64,000 nucleotides of DNA. Source: a virus. Location: positions 1 through 64,000 of the IMG/VR virus record IMGVR_UViG_3300027631_000002; one strand, 5' to 3'. The notes beneath the pieces were generated by a model. It did no database searches. It was not told the origin of the DNA and was given only the letters and a program-made list of their open reading frames with translations. Below, one piece after another: positions 44,375 to 54,255 of the stretch (position 1 is its first letter; each line of letters begins with the position of its first letter). The position numbers were made by a program, and so were the translations under genes.

Positions 44375-45772
44375 TTAGTTACATTCATAACAATCAACTC
44401 TACCACTACCTCCACATTCATCACATTCTGATGTTCCATCACCATCACATCTTCCACATTCTTCTAGACCACGACCTCCACATTCTTTACATTCTACTGT
44501 ACATTCTCCGTCACATTTATCACAAGTTGATCTACCATCACCATGACAATCATCACATGATTTTTTCCCATTTCCTTCACAGTCAGTGCATTCTTCACCT
44601 TCTTCATCAGTTCCGTCTCCATCACAAGTTTCACACTCTACTTCGCCATAACCATCACAATCACGACACTCTACTTCACCATCTCCATCACATTTTGGAC
44701 AGTTCTCTGTTCCATCACCTTCACATTCAGAACATTCTTGTTCTCCTTCTCCATCACATCTGTAACATTGTCTTTCTCCTGCATCACATTCTTCACATTC
44801 AAAACTACCTCTTCCACCACAATTATCACAAGAACCATCTCCACCATCGGTACTAGTTAGTTCTGCATCGTAGTTTGAGTTATAGTTTGTACTAAGTTGT
44901 CCTTTGTCTCTTAGAAGATATTTCAGTGTATCCATATAAGGATAATCATCAAAATTTGATTGTTCTAATGTAACATAAACCCAGCTATCTTCTCTTTCAA
45001 GTTGTTCTCCATTAAACATAATAGGATCACCTGTGTGGAATGTTTGATTCATTTTATAATAGAATTCGTTTTCTTTTGCAAAGTCTATAAATAATTCAGT
45101 ATCAGAATGGTTTATAATATAAACTCGGTCCATAAATTTTCTTCCTTTATCATCTAACCAAAGAAGTGCTCTAGCTGTAATTTTATCTGGATTCTCTACA
45201 GATCTTAATATAATAAGTGATACTCTATCCGGATTATCGGAATAGATTGATAAGAATTGTTGACATTTTGGATATCTCATGCAGGAAGAACCTAGTGTTC
45301 CTAATTCTTTATCGTAATTTTCTACGTGATACCATTTTTTAATATCGTTACCATTAACTATTTCAAATCTTGTAAAAGATTCTTTCTCTATTAAGATAGT
45401 TGCTTTATATTTACTTACAAAATCTTCAAGATCTTTTGGTTTAACTTCGATGCCTGCTTTGGTTAGAATTGCTCTTACAAATCTACCAACATTCATGTCA
45501 GATTTTTTAATTGTTTTAGGATCTTCTACTTTTTTTGCTTTATCATCTGGTGTAAAGAATACTTTATCTTCTTTATCTACATCATATGAGATATAGTTAT
45601 AGTTAGTATCTACCTCTTCACCGTCTAATTTTAATAATTCAGATGCAACTGGAGATTTTATTTTTTTCAATAAGTCATAAAACTTATCATCTAGTACAAT
45701 TGTTGCTTCTAATAAAAGCATCATGTCTTTTTCTAGTAAAAATTCGTCGTATTTTGATATTTTATTATTCAT
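44375..45772 (-). CDS. SCM/DRVY-family phage protein with 14 CxxC (DnaJ-like CxxCxGxG) C-terminal array
   Basis: LGSSCMRY, ARALLW, FMDRVY and YPYMDTLKY. Paralogue of 55738 and 57360. Start at MNNKISKYDEFLLE. Confidence 0.8.
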   Translation of the reverse strand: MNNKISKYDEFLLEKDMMLLLEATIVLDDKFYDLLKKIKSPVASELLKLDGEEVDTNYNYISYDVDKEDKVFFTPDDKAKKVEDPKTIKKSDMNVGRFVRAILTKAGIEVKPKDLEDFVSKYKATILIEKESFTRFEIVNGNDIKKWYHVENYDKELGTLGSSCMRYPKCQQFLSIYSDNPDRVSLIILRSVENPDKITARALLWLDDKGRKFMDRVYIINHSDTELFIDFAKENEFYYKMNQTFHTGDPIMFNGEQLEREDSWVYVTLEQSNFDDYPYMDTLKYLLRDKGQLSTNYNSNYDAELTSTDGGDGSCDNCGGRGSFECEECDAGERQCYRCDGEGEQECSECEGDGTENCPKCDGDGEVECRDCDGYGEVECETCDGDGTDEEGEECTDCEGNGKKSCDDCHGDGRSTCDKCDGECTVECKECGGRGLEECGRCDGDGTSECDECGGSGRVDCYECN

Positions 45773-45830
45773 AATGTATATATTATTTTTTTTTATGTGA
45801 AAAGTCAATTATTTTTTTAATATATAGTTT

Positions 45831-47555
45831 ATGAGAGTTTTAAAGTATCTTAAATTTTTTGAAGAAGTTGAACTTAACCTAGGTGAGTTAGAAAAGAGTA
45901 GAGGTGGTGAAAAGAGGGGTAATGCTTTAATAAAGAAATTACAAGAGCCAGAAGTTAAATTAACTATAAAAGGAGAAGGTGAACGAACTATTGATCATAT
46001 AAAAGTTGATGGTGAGGATGTAGTTCCTAGTATTGCAGCAAATGCTATTAAGAAAGGAAATACTAATACTTATGATGATATTAAAGGTGCTAAGTTATTC
46101 GGTAAGCCTAGATATAAAGATGTTTTTGTTTCTGGTAAAGAAGAATTTAGACTAAATCAAATAAAGAAAACTACAGAATTTGGTGCAGTTGGTCCAGGTG
46201 TTTTAACTAGGGAATATGAAGCAATTCAATGTTTATTTATAGCATATAAGTTAAAGTATCCTGAAAAACCTATCCTTATTTCTGAAGTTTTAGATTTTTG
46301 GGAAAGTTATTGTAACAAAGATGCGGAAGCATTAAAAAGAATTCATATTTATTTAGATAGTAATGTTGTAATCACAGAAGATATGTTAGATAGTTTATCT
46401 TCTAATAGAGATTGGTTCAATACTTTTGTTAAAGTACCTGAGGAGTTATTAAAATTTAGAGGTAAGTTTTCAACGGGAAAGAGTTATTCTGTTTTTCATG
46501 AGTCTAATAATGATAAACAGTCACCTGTTCGTTTATTGATAGAAAAGTTCAATGAGTTAAAAAATAAAAAAGTGGTTGGTAAAAATAAAAATGGTTCAAA
46601 TAAGACAGCTTCTATTAATTTTTCTAAATTTTGTCCAGCAGATGTTTATATTATACAGACAGACTTTATTACAGAATTAAATAAAGCAATTGAGGATTGT
46701 AAGATTAGTATAGATTCTTTGAAACCCTTAGAGAATTTAATAAATATTATGGATGATTATTTTGATCGTAATATTTTAATACCAATATCACTTAAAAAGA
46801 TAAAATCTGGTAAGGAAACATTTCAAATAATTGTAAATAAAGAAAGAAATAAAAAACTACCTGATTTTGATATTAAATATTTTAGAATAACACAAGATCC
46901 TACTAAAGGAATTGGGTCAAAAATTTCTACCATATCTAAATGGAGTGAAGAACGTACTACAGATGGAGAAGAAAATACAATTAGAAAAAATAGAGATATT
47001 ACTATTGACTCATCAAATACTGGCAACTCTGTAAATGTTGATGGTGAGGTAATTGGTTCTTCGTCGAGACATGGAAAAATATCTTTTACTGCAATAAAAT
47101 CTATATTAGATATTTATAAAGATGATAAAAGGTTTAATTTAGATGAGATAGAGAAGCATTCTGAACTTAAAAAAAGAACTCTTATGGATTTAAGAAATTC
47201 TATTAGTATTTTATACAATGAATTACTTAGTCTAAGAGAATTTGCAAATGGTGTTGATATTATGGAAATGCCTTCTACTCAGCAAATTCCAAATATTAAA
47301 AAAGGTGAATTTACTGGTACTTCTTGGGATAAAGTTATTAAATATACTGATTTATCTAAAACTGAAGAGGAAGATGGTAATATTAAAAATAAATTAATAT
47401 CCAAATTACAATCTTTACAAATATTAGTTTCTATCGCAACGATATATAAAGTGGATCCAAATTTAGGTAATGATATTATTACCAAAATGATGAGACACGC
47501 CCTTTCTATTCAAACTTATGATTTTGAAACTCCTAGATATTTAAGAATAATTTAA
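45831..47555 (+). CDS. large protein with capsid-targeting-like N-terminus and putative PD-(D/E)xK nuclease fold
   Basis: MRVLKYLKFFEE, then EAIQC, CPADVY and IPISLKK pattern. Confidence 0.5.
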   Translation: MRVLKYLKFFEEVELNLGELEKSRGGEKRGNALIKKLQEPEVKLTIKGEGERTIDHIKVDGEDVVPSIAANAIKKGNTNTYDDIKGAKLFGKPRYKDVFVSGKEEFRLNQIKKTTEFGAVGPGVLTREYEAIQCLFIAYKLKYPEKPILISEVLDFWESYCNKDAEALKRIHIYLDSNVVITEDMLDSLSSNRDWFNTFVKVPEELLKFRGKFSTGKSYSVFHESNNDKQSPVRLLIEKFNELKNKKVVGKNKNGSNKTASINFSKFCPADVYIIQTDFITELNKAIEDCKISIDSLKPLENLINIMDDYFDRNILIPISLKKIKSGKETFQIIVNKERNKKLPDFDIKYFRITQDPTKGIGSKISTISKWSEERTTDGEENTIRKNRDITIDSSNTGNSVNVDGEVIGSSSRHGKISFTAIKSILDIYKDDKRFNLDEIEKHSELKKRTLMDLRNSISILYNELLSLREFANGVDIMEMPSTQQIPNIKKGEFTGTSWDKVIKYTDLSKTEEEDGNIKNKLISKLQSLQILVSIATIYKVDPNLGNDIITKMMRHALSIQTYDFETPRYLRII

Positions 47556-47845
47556 AAATATCTTTTAATATTTCCTACTTTATCTATAAGAACATTTTTA
47601 CCATCTTTCTTACGAACTAGAATATCTGTTCCTGAAAATCTTGCTTCTAATACACCGTGTGATAAAACTCTTATCGGATTACCACCAATATCTTTAGTTT
47701 CTAATTTACCATCTATACTGGTTATTAAAAAAATATTCTGTGATTCATCATATGTACCAAAGGCAACATTTTCAGATATTTTTCTACCAAGATTCCCCAT
47801 AGTATCACATATGTATAATGATTGATTTAGTATTTTAAACATCAT
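47552..47845 (-). CDS. hypothetical protein
   Basis: 97-aa beta-rich ORF. Confidence 0.6.
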   Translation of the reverse strand: MMFKILNQSLYICDTMGNLGRKISENVAFGTYDESQNIFLITSIDGKLETKDIGGNPIRVLSHGVLEARFSGTDILVRKKDGKNVLIDKVGNIKRYF

Positions 47846-47879
47846 AACTTTTATATAATTTTATTATATATATAATAAT

Positions 47880-48026
47880 ATGGAAAAGAAAAATATATTT
47901 CTTTTATTAGATGATGAAATTGTTACACGTTACAAAGAACATCTAGATAAGGTAGGATATGATAAAAATAAGTTATTTGAAAGAATAATTATTGATTTTT
48001 TGAAGAAAAACACAATAAAGTCTTAA
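47880..48026 (+). CDS. small ribbon-helix-helix-like DNA-binding protein (48 aa, not in ORF track)
   Basis: MEKKNIFLLLDDEIVTRYKEHLDKVGYDKNKLFERIIIDFLKKNTIKS*. Confidence 0.5.
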   Translation: MEKKNIFLLLDDEIVTRYKEHLDKVGYDKNKLFERIIIDFLKKNTIKS

Positions 48027-48077
48027 AAAGGTACTTTTAGGTAATTTTTATTTATATATAGCATAAGGAAAATAATT

Positions 48078-48287
48078 ATGAGGTACTTGAAAGAATTTAA
48101 CGAAAATAAGGATGTATTCATGGAATACCTACTTGAGTTTACTGAGAACGGTAAGCCAGAGGAGTTGTATAGTAGTAGATTAACTAAATTACTTAGATTT
48201 GTGAGAATGGAAGGCCTTAAAGATTATACTATAAAAGGAATAACTCGTTCAGCAGAACATAAGATAATTTTAAAAATAGGAAAATGA
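48078..48287 (+). CDS. small protein with capsid-targeting-like N-terminus
   Basis: MRYLKEFNEN. Confidence 0.65.
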   Translation: MRYLKEFNENKDVFMEYLLEFTENGKPEELYSSRLTKLLRFVRMEGLKDYTIKGITRSAEHKIILKIGK

Positions 48288-48312
48288 AGAACCCACTCGA
48301 AAGTGGGTTTTT

Positions 48313-49281
48313 TTAGTTCATATACTCTGTGAAAAATTGTTCAAAGATAGCTTGCATTACTGGAACACATATTGAATTTCCAGCTAGTGCTACGTGTTGT
48401 TTAGTTGTTAAACTTGTAGTTAGTAAATTATCAATATCCTCATCTTTAACTCCCATAAAACGATAACCTTCTCTTGCAGTTAAAGTTCTAATTTTCTTAT
48501 CATCTAACATAATTTGTGGTGAACCTGATGTAGTTAAACAAGGTGAACAACCATCTATTGAGTAGATTCTTCTTGTTTGATCATATTTTATATCACTTCT
48601 TCGAGCAATCATTCTACAAACAGAGTTTAGTTTAGGCGTATTTATTTCATAAGGTGGTGTAATAAATAAACTATTATCCGCAGTTGTATCAATAAATGGT
48701 TTCATTGGAACTCTAGTTTTTTTATGATTGTGAACACTCATCATTTTATTAGAAACATCTAAAGAAGATTCTCCTAATACTGAAAACATGAAAACTCTTT
48801 CTCTATTTTGAGGACAGCCGAAGTCGGCACCATTAAGTACCATCCAAGCTGAACCATAACCTAAAGAGTTAAGTTTTTCAATGTAATCATTAAATTTTTT
48901 GATGTGATTTTTTGAAACTAAATTTTTCACATTTTCCATTAGTAGATACTTTGGTTTATTATGTTCTACGATTCTTTCTACTTCGTATAATAAACCACTT
49001 CGTGTTCCTTTTTCAATACCACGTTGTACACCAGAGATAGATATATCTTGACAGGGAAATGAGTATGTTAAAAAATCACAATGTGGGAAAGTTTTTTCAT
49101 CAACTTTAGATACATCACCTAAATTACCTTGTTCGGTAGTGTGTAGTGAGTCGTACGCTTCGTTTGCTGATTTAAGAATGTCACAATTTGCGACGTTACG
49201 GTATTTAATACCACTATACTTTAGTGCTAGTTCTTGAGTGCCATACCCTGAGAATAGGCTTATAATTTTTAATTCTTCCAT
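48313..49281 (-). CDS. dcm: DNA (cytosine-5)-methyltransferase
   Basis: SLFSGYG, SFPCQDIS, MENV, PQNRERVF and AGNSI. Confidence 0.95.
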   Translation of the reverse strand: MEELKIISLFSGYGTQELALKYSGIKYRNVANCDILKSANEAYDSLHTTEQGNLGDVSKVDEKTFPHCDFLTYSFPCQDISISGVQRGIEKGTRSGLLYEVERIVEHNKPKYLLMENVKNLVSKNHIKKFNDYIEKLNSLGYGSAWMVLNGADFGCPQNRERVFMFSVLGESSLDVSNKMMSVHNHKKTRVPMKPFIDTTADNSLFITPPYEINTPKLNSVCRMIARRSDIKYDQTRRIYSIDGCSPCLTTSGSPQIMLDDKKIRTLTAREGYRFMGVKDEDIDNLLTTSLTTKQHVALAGNSICVPVMQAIFEQFFTEYMN

Positions 49282-49311
49282 ATTAGATTATATGTGAGAA
49301 TTAAAAAATGT

Positions 49312-49785
49312 TTAGTCTAAGTGTCTAATATCTTTATGTGAAGATTTTTCGTTACCGTTGTGAGACCACAATCTTGCAAATGGTGTAGTAAAGTAATCAT
49401 TATAACATAAAGTATCATCAATATGAAGGTCTATATTATTTTCTTTACAATATTCTGCTTTTGTTGAATCCCATAAAACATCATCGAATTTTTTCTGAAT
49501 AGTTCCATCCGGAAATTCAATCTCACCTAAGATTTCTGCGGTTTTTAATAGGTGATCATAAACTGAGAATTTATGAGTATAGTTTATACCGTGTAGTTGT
49601 TTTTCTAATTTATCTGTCCATTCCCCTCCAGTGATTACATGCACTTCACCACCATTTTTTATAACAGAGTCTGCTAAAAATACAAAGAATTCTGGAATTG
49701 CATCGATTACTCCGTGTATATCGATACCAATTTTGAATTTTGCTGTTGAACTTTCGTTCACTATACTACTAAATTTTGTTATCAT
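49312..49785 (-). CDS. HAD-like phosphatase/nucleotidase
   Basis: IGIDIHGVID, VITGG and LHIDD. Confidence 0.65.
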   Translation of the reverse strand: MITKFSSIVNESSTAKFKIGIDIHGVIDAIPEFFVFLADSVIKNGGEVHVITGGEWTDKLEKQLHGINYTHKFSVYDHLLKTAEILGEIEFPDGTIQKKFDDVLWDSTKAEYCKENNIDLHIDDTLCYNDYFTTPFARLWSHNGNEKSSHKDIRHLD

Positions 49786-49795
49786 AATTTATATA

Positions 49796-50188
49796 TTAAA
49801 TTATTTCTTCAATTTTCTTATCTCTCATTTCTGCAGTAGATAAAATTTCTTTTACAAAGATATGAAAATTACTCGTAAAAGTAATCAAGTTGAATGAAAT
49901 ATTTGTACTCATTCCGGCACCACTTGATTGACTATCTAAAGTTGGATTTGTCTTTGTAATACTTCCCCAATAGTTAAATCCAAATGATGGTTCATAAATA
50001 GCACTATTACTACTTCTTTCATTCCAAAATTCTATTACAAATGTTTTGCTTTCTGTTTCGTTACTGTCATATTCATATAAAATTGTAAATTGATCATTGT
50101 CATAAAATATATTTAAAATCTTACTGTAAGCAGGTAAATGAAAGCTTGCTTGATTATAACTGGTGTGTGTTGATTGTGTTGTTATCAT
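49796..50188 (-). CDS. hypothetical protein with C-terminal RDKKI motif
   Basis: Ends EMRDKKIEEII. Confidence 0.7.
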   Translation of the reverse strand: MITTQSTHTSYNQASFHLPAYSKILNIFYDNDQFTILYEYDSNETESKTFVIEFWNERSSNSAIYEPSFGFNYWGSITKTNPTLDSQSSGAGMSTNISFNLITFTSNFHIFVKEILSTAEMRDKKIEEII

Positions 50189-50550
50189 ATTCCTAATTTA
50201 CTTAAAATTTTATCTCTATAGAAACTTATATCATCAACAATAAAAAGGTTTGAATCTGTAATAATTAGATCATCAATAATCTCAATAATCTTTGATGTTT
50301 TTTGTAGTGACATAATTCCTACATTTTGATTACTTGTAACTATTTGATCTATTTCTAATAAATCTACATTAGCTGGTTCTTGATTTACAATACCTTTACA
50401 TCTTTGTATAGAATACTTATCTATAAATTCTTTATTATTTAATATTTTTTTATAGAATTTATTTTCAGTATCTACCATAACATAGGAAACCTCGGTAGAT
50501 TTCCCACCGAGGTGATTATGAATTAAATCTCCTACCTTAATTAGTTTCAT
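50185..50550 (-). CDS. hypothetical protein with C-terminal RD motif
   Basis: Ends FYRDKILSKLGI. Confidence 0.65.
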   Translation of the reverse strand: MKLIKVGDLIHNHLGGKSTEVSYVMVDTENKFYKKILNNKEFIDKYSIQRCKGIVNQEPANVDLLEIDQIVTSNQNVGIMSLQKTSKIIEIIDDLIITDSNLFIVDDISFYRDKILSKLGI

Positions 50551-51383
50551 TATAGTATTTTAGTGCCTGGTTTGGCATTTACCACAAATACTGGTGTACC
50601 ATTTTCTAATTCACCTGGCATAATCATCGCGTGTGACTCAATCCCCATCATCTTAACAGGTTTTAAATTTGTTATGAACAAGAAAGAGTACCCTTCTAAT
50701 TTATCAACGTAGTTCTCACCTAAAGAAGGTTTAATGTTTGTTACAACAACTCTCGGTGTATCTTCACCAAAATCAACTTCTAACTTAATAAGTTTATCTG
50801 ATTTAGGTACATCTGTTACTGATATAATCTTACCTGTTTTAATTTCTAATTTAGATGAAGCATCTAAAAATTCCGAAAATTCTATTTTATCTTTCATGTT
50901 TAATATATTTATTGCTTTAATTTTACATTCTTCTTTTAGTCCTGGAATTCCTAATTTCCAAGGTTTTACTGGTTCTCCTGTTGAACAATTTACAAAATAA
51001 TCTTGTTGTTCGTCCAGGAAATCTTGTATATCATCAAATATAACATACTGGGTTACTTCTGGGTGTCTATCTAACCAAAGTTTAATTTCATGACCTCTTT
51101 TTACTTGGTCATAATAAACTATATTGGTTGATTCACATACATCTACACAATCTGGTGTTACATCAATAATTTCACCTGGTAGTTGACGTTCTTTCCATAG
51201 ATCTAACATTCTTTGAATACCTTTATCTTTCCAAGTGGAAGAGATAACGATTTTCGCACCTGTTTTTTCAATAATTTCCTTTAAGTTCTGGACGTATTCA
51301 TCCCTGAAGATATGACCGAATTGGTCTTTATCATCATAATCTACGTTTAGAACGCCGTCTATGTCAAGAAATATTGTTTTCAT
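50550..51383 (-). CDS. fusion of an RNA-repair-type HAD domain and a Trbp111/MetRS-C-like tRNA-binding OB domain
   Basis: IFLDIDGVLN, IVISSTW, RGHEIK.WL and YVIFDD, followed by GKIISV..VPKSDKLIKLEVDFG and NLKPVKMMGIESHAMI. Confidence 0.85.
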   Translation of the reverse strand: MKTIFLDIDGVLNVDYDDKDQFGHIFRDEYVQNLKEIIEKTGAKIVISSTWKDKGIQRMLDLWKERQLPGEIIDVTPDCVDVCESTNIVYYDQVKRGHEIKLWLDRHPEVTQYVIFDDIQDFLDEQQDYFVNCSTGEPVKPWKLGIPGLKEECKIKAINILNMKDKIEFSEFLDASSKLEIKTGKIISVTDVPKSDKLIKLEVDFGEDTPRVVVTNIKPSLGENYVDKLEGYSFLFITNLKPVKMMGIESHAMIMPGELENGTPVFVVNAKPGTKIL

Positions 51384-51400
51384 AATAGCAAAGATAAGAA

Positions 51401-51643
51401 TTATTTTTGATTTATTAGAGAAATTTTTTGAATTCTTGTTAGTTGTTTAATTCTCCACTCTTCTTTTGCTGCCAAAGATTTTGTTTCAAATTCACACTGA
51501 TACATCAGTTTTACTGGTGTTCTTGTCTTGGTGTATTTAGCACCTTTCTTCTTATTATGTGTATCAATTCTCTTTTCTACGTTATTGGTTATACCGGTAT
51601 ATAACGTCAAATCACTACACTCTAAAATATAAACATACCACAT
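51401..51643 (-). CDS. GIY-YIG nuclease (UPF0213/YhbQ-like)
   Basis: WYVYILEC...YTGITNN..KR...HN...GAKYT. Confidence 0.9.
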   Translation of the reverse strand: MWYVYILECSDLTLYTGITNNVEKRIDTHNKKKGAKYTKTRTPVKLMYQCEFETKSLAAKEEWRIKQLTRIQKISLINQK

Positions 51644-51730
51644 TATCTATATATTCACTTTCATGCAACATCATGATATATAACTAAATAATAATATAAT
51701 TTTTGTTTTTAAAATTTAATATATACTCTT

Positions 51731-52168
51731 ATGAAATACATAAAATTATTTGAGAATGCTATACCTCTACGACAGCCTTCTTATAAGAAAGGTGAGATAA
51801 TAATTTGGTCGGATCAGATTAAAAATAAAGATGTTGATTATGATTTTGCTAAGAAATTGCTTGATCGAGTAGGTCTTAAATTAGTAGGAGAACCTTATGA
51901 TGGTGGATTTTTAGTAGAATGTGAACCAGGTAAAGAAGTAGAAAGTGCAGAAATGGCAATTTCTAGGTTTCCTGAATTTTTTGATAGTTACCAAAGAGAA
52001 GATATAAGAATGCCATTTATTTGGGATAAAATGGAAGAAATAACCGATAAAGTTGCGGGTATAGAAGATTTCTTTGAAAGAATTGATAAGAAATTTGTAA
52101 ATATTAAAAAGTATAATGATTATCTTGATGATATAATAAGTGAACTTGATAATTTAAAAATAAAATAA
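51731..52168 (+). CDS. hypothetical protein with capsid-targeting-like N-terminus
   Basis: MKYIKLFEN, preceded by TAATATATA at 51717. Confidence 0.7.
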   Translation: MKYIKLFENAIPLRQPSYKKGEIIIWSDQIKNKDVDYDFAKKLLDRVGLKLVGEPYDGGFLVECEPGKEVESAEMAISRFPEFFDSYQREDIRMPFIWDKMEEITDKVAGIEDFFERIDKKFVNIKKYNDYLDDIISELDNLKIK

Positions 52169-52456
52169 AAAATGAAACCCTTACTCTTTCAAGTAAGGGT
52201 TTCATATAATAAGTAAAGTTGTGTTACTCACTAACCATCGCTTCACGAATTTTTCTTTTTCATAATTATCTACATTCACCAATTTTAGGAATTTGCGAAG
52301 CAACTGTTGTCGTATGATTTCTTTCCCTCTGAACTCCTGTACAGTCATTAATTGTTATATAATAAGTAGAAAAATTCATCGCTGGATTCTGTGGTGTACC
52401 CACAACATTGAAGGTAGTTGCCTAAATATATCTGAGTATCGTTATACATAATATTT

Positions 52457-52891
52457 TTAATTATTACTATACCAAATTTTTTCTATTTCTTCGATATCAT
52501 TAAAAGGTATTATAAATGCAAATGAATTTTTGTTTTTACTTCTATCAAAAAATAGTCTATGATGTCCATCCATTATCCACAAATTCTGATGTTTATCCTC
52601 AACTAAAATTATATCAGACTTTTTGTATGTTTGGTCATCTAAACTATCGATAAAATTTTTAGATAGGTATTTTTGTGTAGTGAGTAGTGGTATTGATTTA
52701 TCTATTTCTTCTTTTTCATAAGGAAACGCTTCTAATGTATCATCCCAATAGTTTATTGAAGTATCACGAATATTGTATAGGTAATCTGGTAATCTCTCAA
52801 GAAAGATTATGTTATGATATTTTTTAGATAAATCTATTTTATCATCTGAGATGTTTTCATTGAAACTAAAAAATTTTTTTATTAAACTCAT
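52457..52891 (-). CDS. ParB/Srx-like N-terminal domain protein
   Basis: IILVED...WIMDGHHRL. N-terminus MSLIKKFFSFNEN. Confidence 0.65.
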   Translation of the reverse strand: MSLIKKFFSFNENISDDKIDLSKKYHNIIFLERLPDYLYNIRDTSINYWDDTLEAFPYEKEEIDKSIPLLTTQKYLSKNFIDSLDDQTYKKSDIILVEDKHQNLWIMDGHHRLFFDRSKNKNSFAFIIPFNDIEEIEKIWYSNN

Positions 52892-53355
52892 AAAATATTA
52901 ACTTTTTTATAATCCCCATATACTAAAAGTTTTCCCGTTAGAGTTTCATACCAGAATCTCAATTTTTTGTTGTTCTCATCATAACATTGAAGAATCATTT
53001 CTTTTTTAACATAAAAAATAGATGTTGCATTGATAAAATTTGTTCTCTTTATTTCCATATCTTATATATATTAAAAACTGAATATAACAAATGATAAACA
53101 ACATTAAAACGATTGTTTATCATCAGACGTTATACACAATACTACATTAGTGTTTCAAATTAAGTTCCGTGTAAAAAACTTTTAAAAATTATGGTTTAAT
53201 CGTTCTTTGATACCAACTTTCCAAAATAACAACATCTTCTTTTCTTGCTTCAACTTCACCACCAAACATTCTAATCCAAGTAAAATCGCCAATCTAAAAA
53301 TAAAATAAAAAGTCCTCATATGAGGACTTTTTATTAAACAATAAGTGAAGTTGTG

Positions 53356-53673
53356 TTACTCACTAACCACAACTTCACGAATTTTTGTGAATTCACCATT
53401 ACTTACAGCTTTGCTGATCCACCTGTTTAAATCTGAACCTTTCATTTCTGACTCGAATGTAGTTGTGCCTAAATCAGAAGATAATCTGGTTTCTAATACT
53501 TCGTCACCTTTATTATCAAATCCACAATTTCCAACTTCAACAGTAGCGATAGGAAATTGATAAACACCGTCAGCTAACTCTACTGTATAGTAAAGATTAC
53601 CACTAACATAGTGACTTAATTTTGCCATTGCTTTAGATTTGTATAAATCTTTTTTAATATCGTTTAATTCCAT
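53356..53673 (-). CDS. phage hypothetical protein
   Basis: 105-aa ORF downstream of tRNA-Met. Its 3' end is duplicated at ~52207-52254. Confidence 0.7.
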   Translation of the reverse strand: MELNDIKKDLYKSKAMAKLSHYVSGNLYYTVELADGVYQFPIATVEVGNCGFDNKGDEVLETRLSSDLGTTTFESEMKGSDLNRWISKAVSNGEFTKIREVVVSE

Positions 53674-53695
53674 TTTGAATTTTTATTTTTAATTG

Positions 53696-53774
53696 TGGTG
53701 GCGATTGAGGGATTTGAACCCCCGACCTTCTCGTTATGAGCGAGCTACTACTTACCAGACTGAGTTAAATCGCC
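53696..53774 (-). tRNA. tRNA with CAT anticodon (elongator Met or Ile2), CCA encoded
   Basis: Acceptor GGCGATT/AATCGCC, A73-CCA, loop CTCATAA, T-arm GGGGG-TTCAAAT-CCCTC. Confidence 0.88.
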
Positions 53775-53889
53775 TATCATTCTACAAAGATATATATATA
53801 TACTTGTATTTCGTATTTGTTTTACAAAAGTACAAAAAATAATTGAAAAAAAAATTAAATAAATAGGAAAAATATACTATCTTTGTGAA

Positions 53890-54255
53890 ATGGAAATTAT
53901 ACAGCGACATGGCATTGCCTTTAAAGTAATAGAAAGAAAGATGAATTTCCCTTTCATAACTGATTGTGATGATATGTTATGTGAAGATATAAGTTCATTT
54001 TATTCAGACCCAAACACACAATCTATTGTTCTAATTAGAGATAACTATTCTAAACCTATTATGACTTATCAAGATGTTCTTGATGAGATAGAGTATCTAT
54101 ATGATAATAGTATTCGTTGGAGAAGTGAAGAAAGAAGAGATAGTTTAAGAACTTACTATCATAAAGTCTCTAATATAATGAAAACTTACAAAAGACAAGA
54201 ACAAATAAATAAGGTATTAAATAGTAACGAATGTACATTTCACCTAGCATGTTAA
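53890..54255 (+). CDS. hypothetical protein with RQEQI motif variant near C-terminus
   Basis: YKRQEQINKVL. TATCTTTG promoter box immediately upstream. Confidence 0.65.
   Translation: MEIIQRHGIAFKVIERKMNFPFITDCDDMLCEDISSFYSDPNTQSIVLIRDNYSKPIMTYQDVLDEIEYLYDNSIRWRSEERRDSLRTYYHKVSNIMKTYKRQEQINKVLNSNECTFHLAC

Noticed and set aside
44431-44856. His-rich 141-aa ORF on the plus strand
   Set aside because: It is the antisense shadow of the Cys/Asp/Gly repeat codons of 44375..45772. The same applies to 55647..55886.
53352-53365. 16S rRNA-like word GTGAGTAACAC
   Set aside because: An 11-nt coincidence at a stop codon, with no surrounding rRNA sequence.
52205-53386. Diversity-generating retroelement TR/VR pair
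   Set aside because: The differences are not adenine-specific, the repeat is under 50 bp, and there is no reverse transcriptase in the window.
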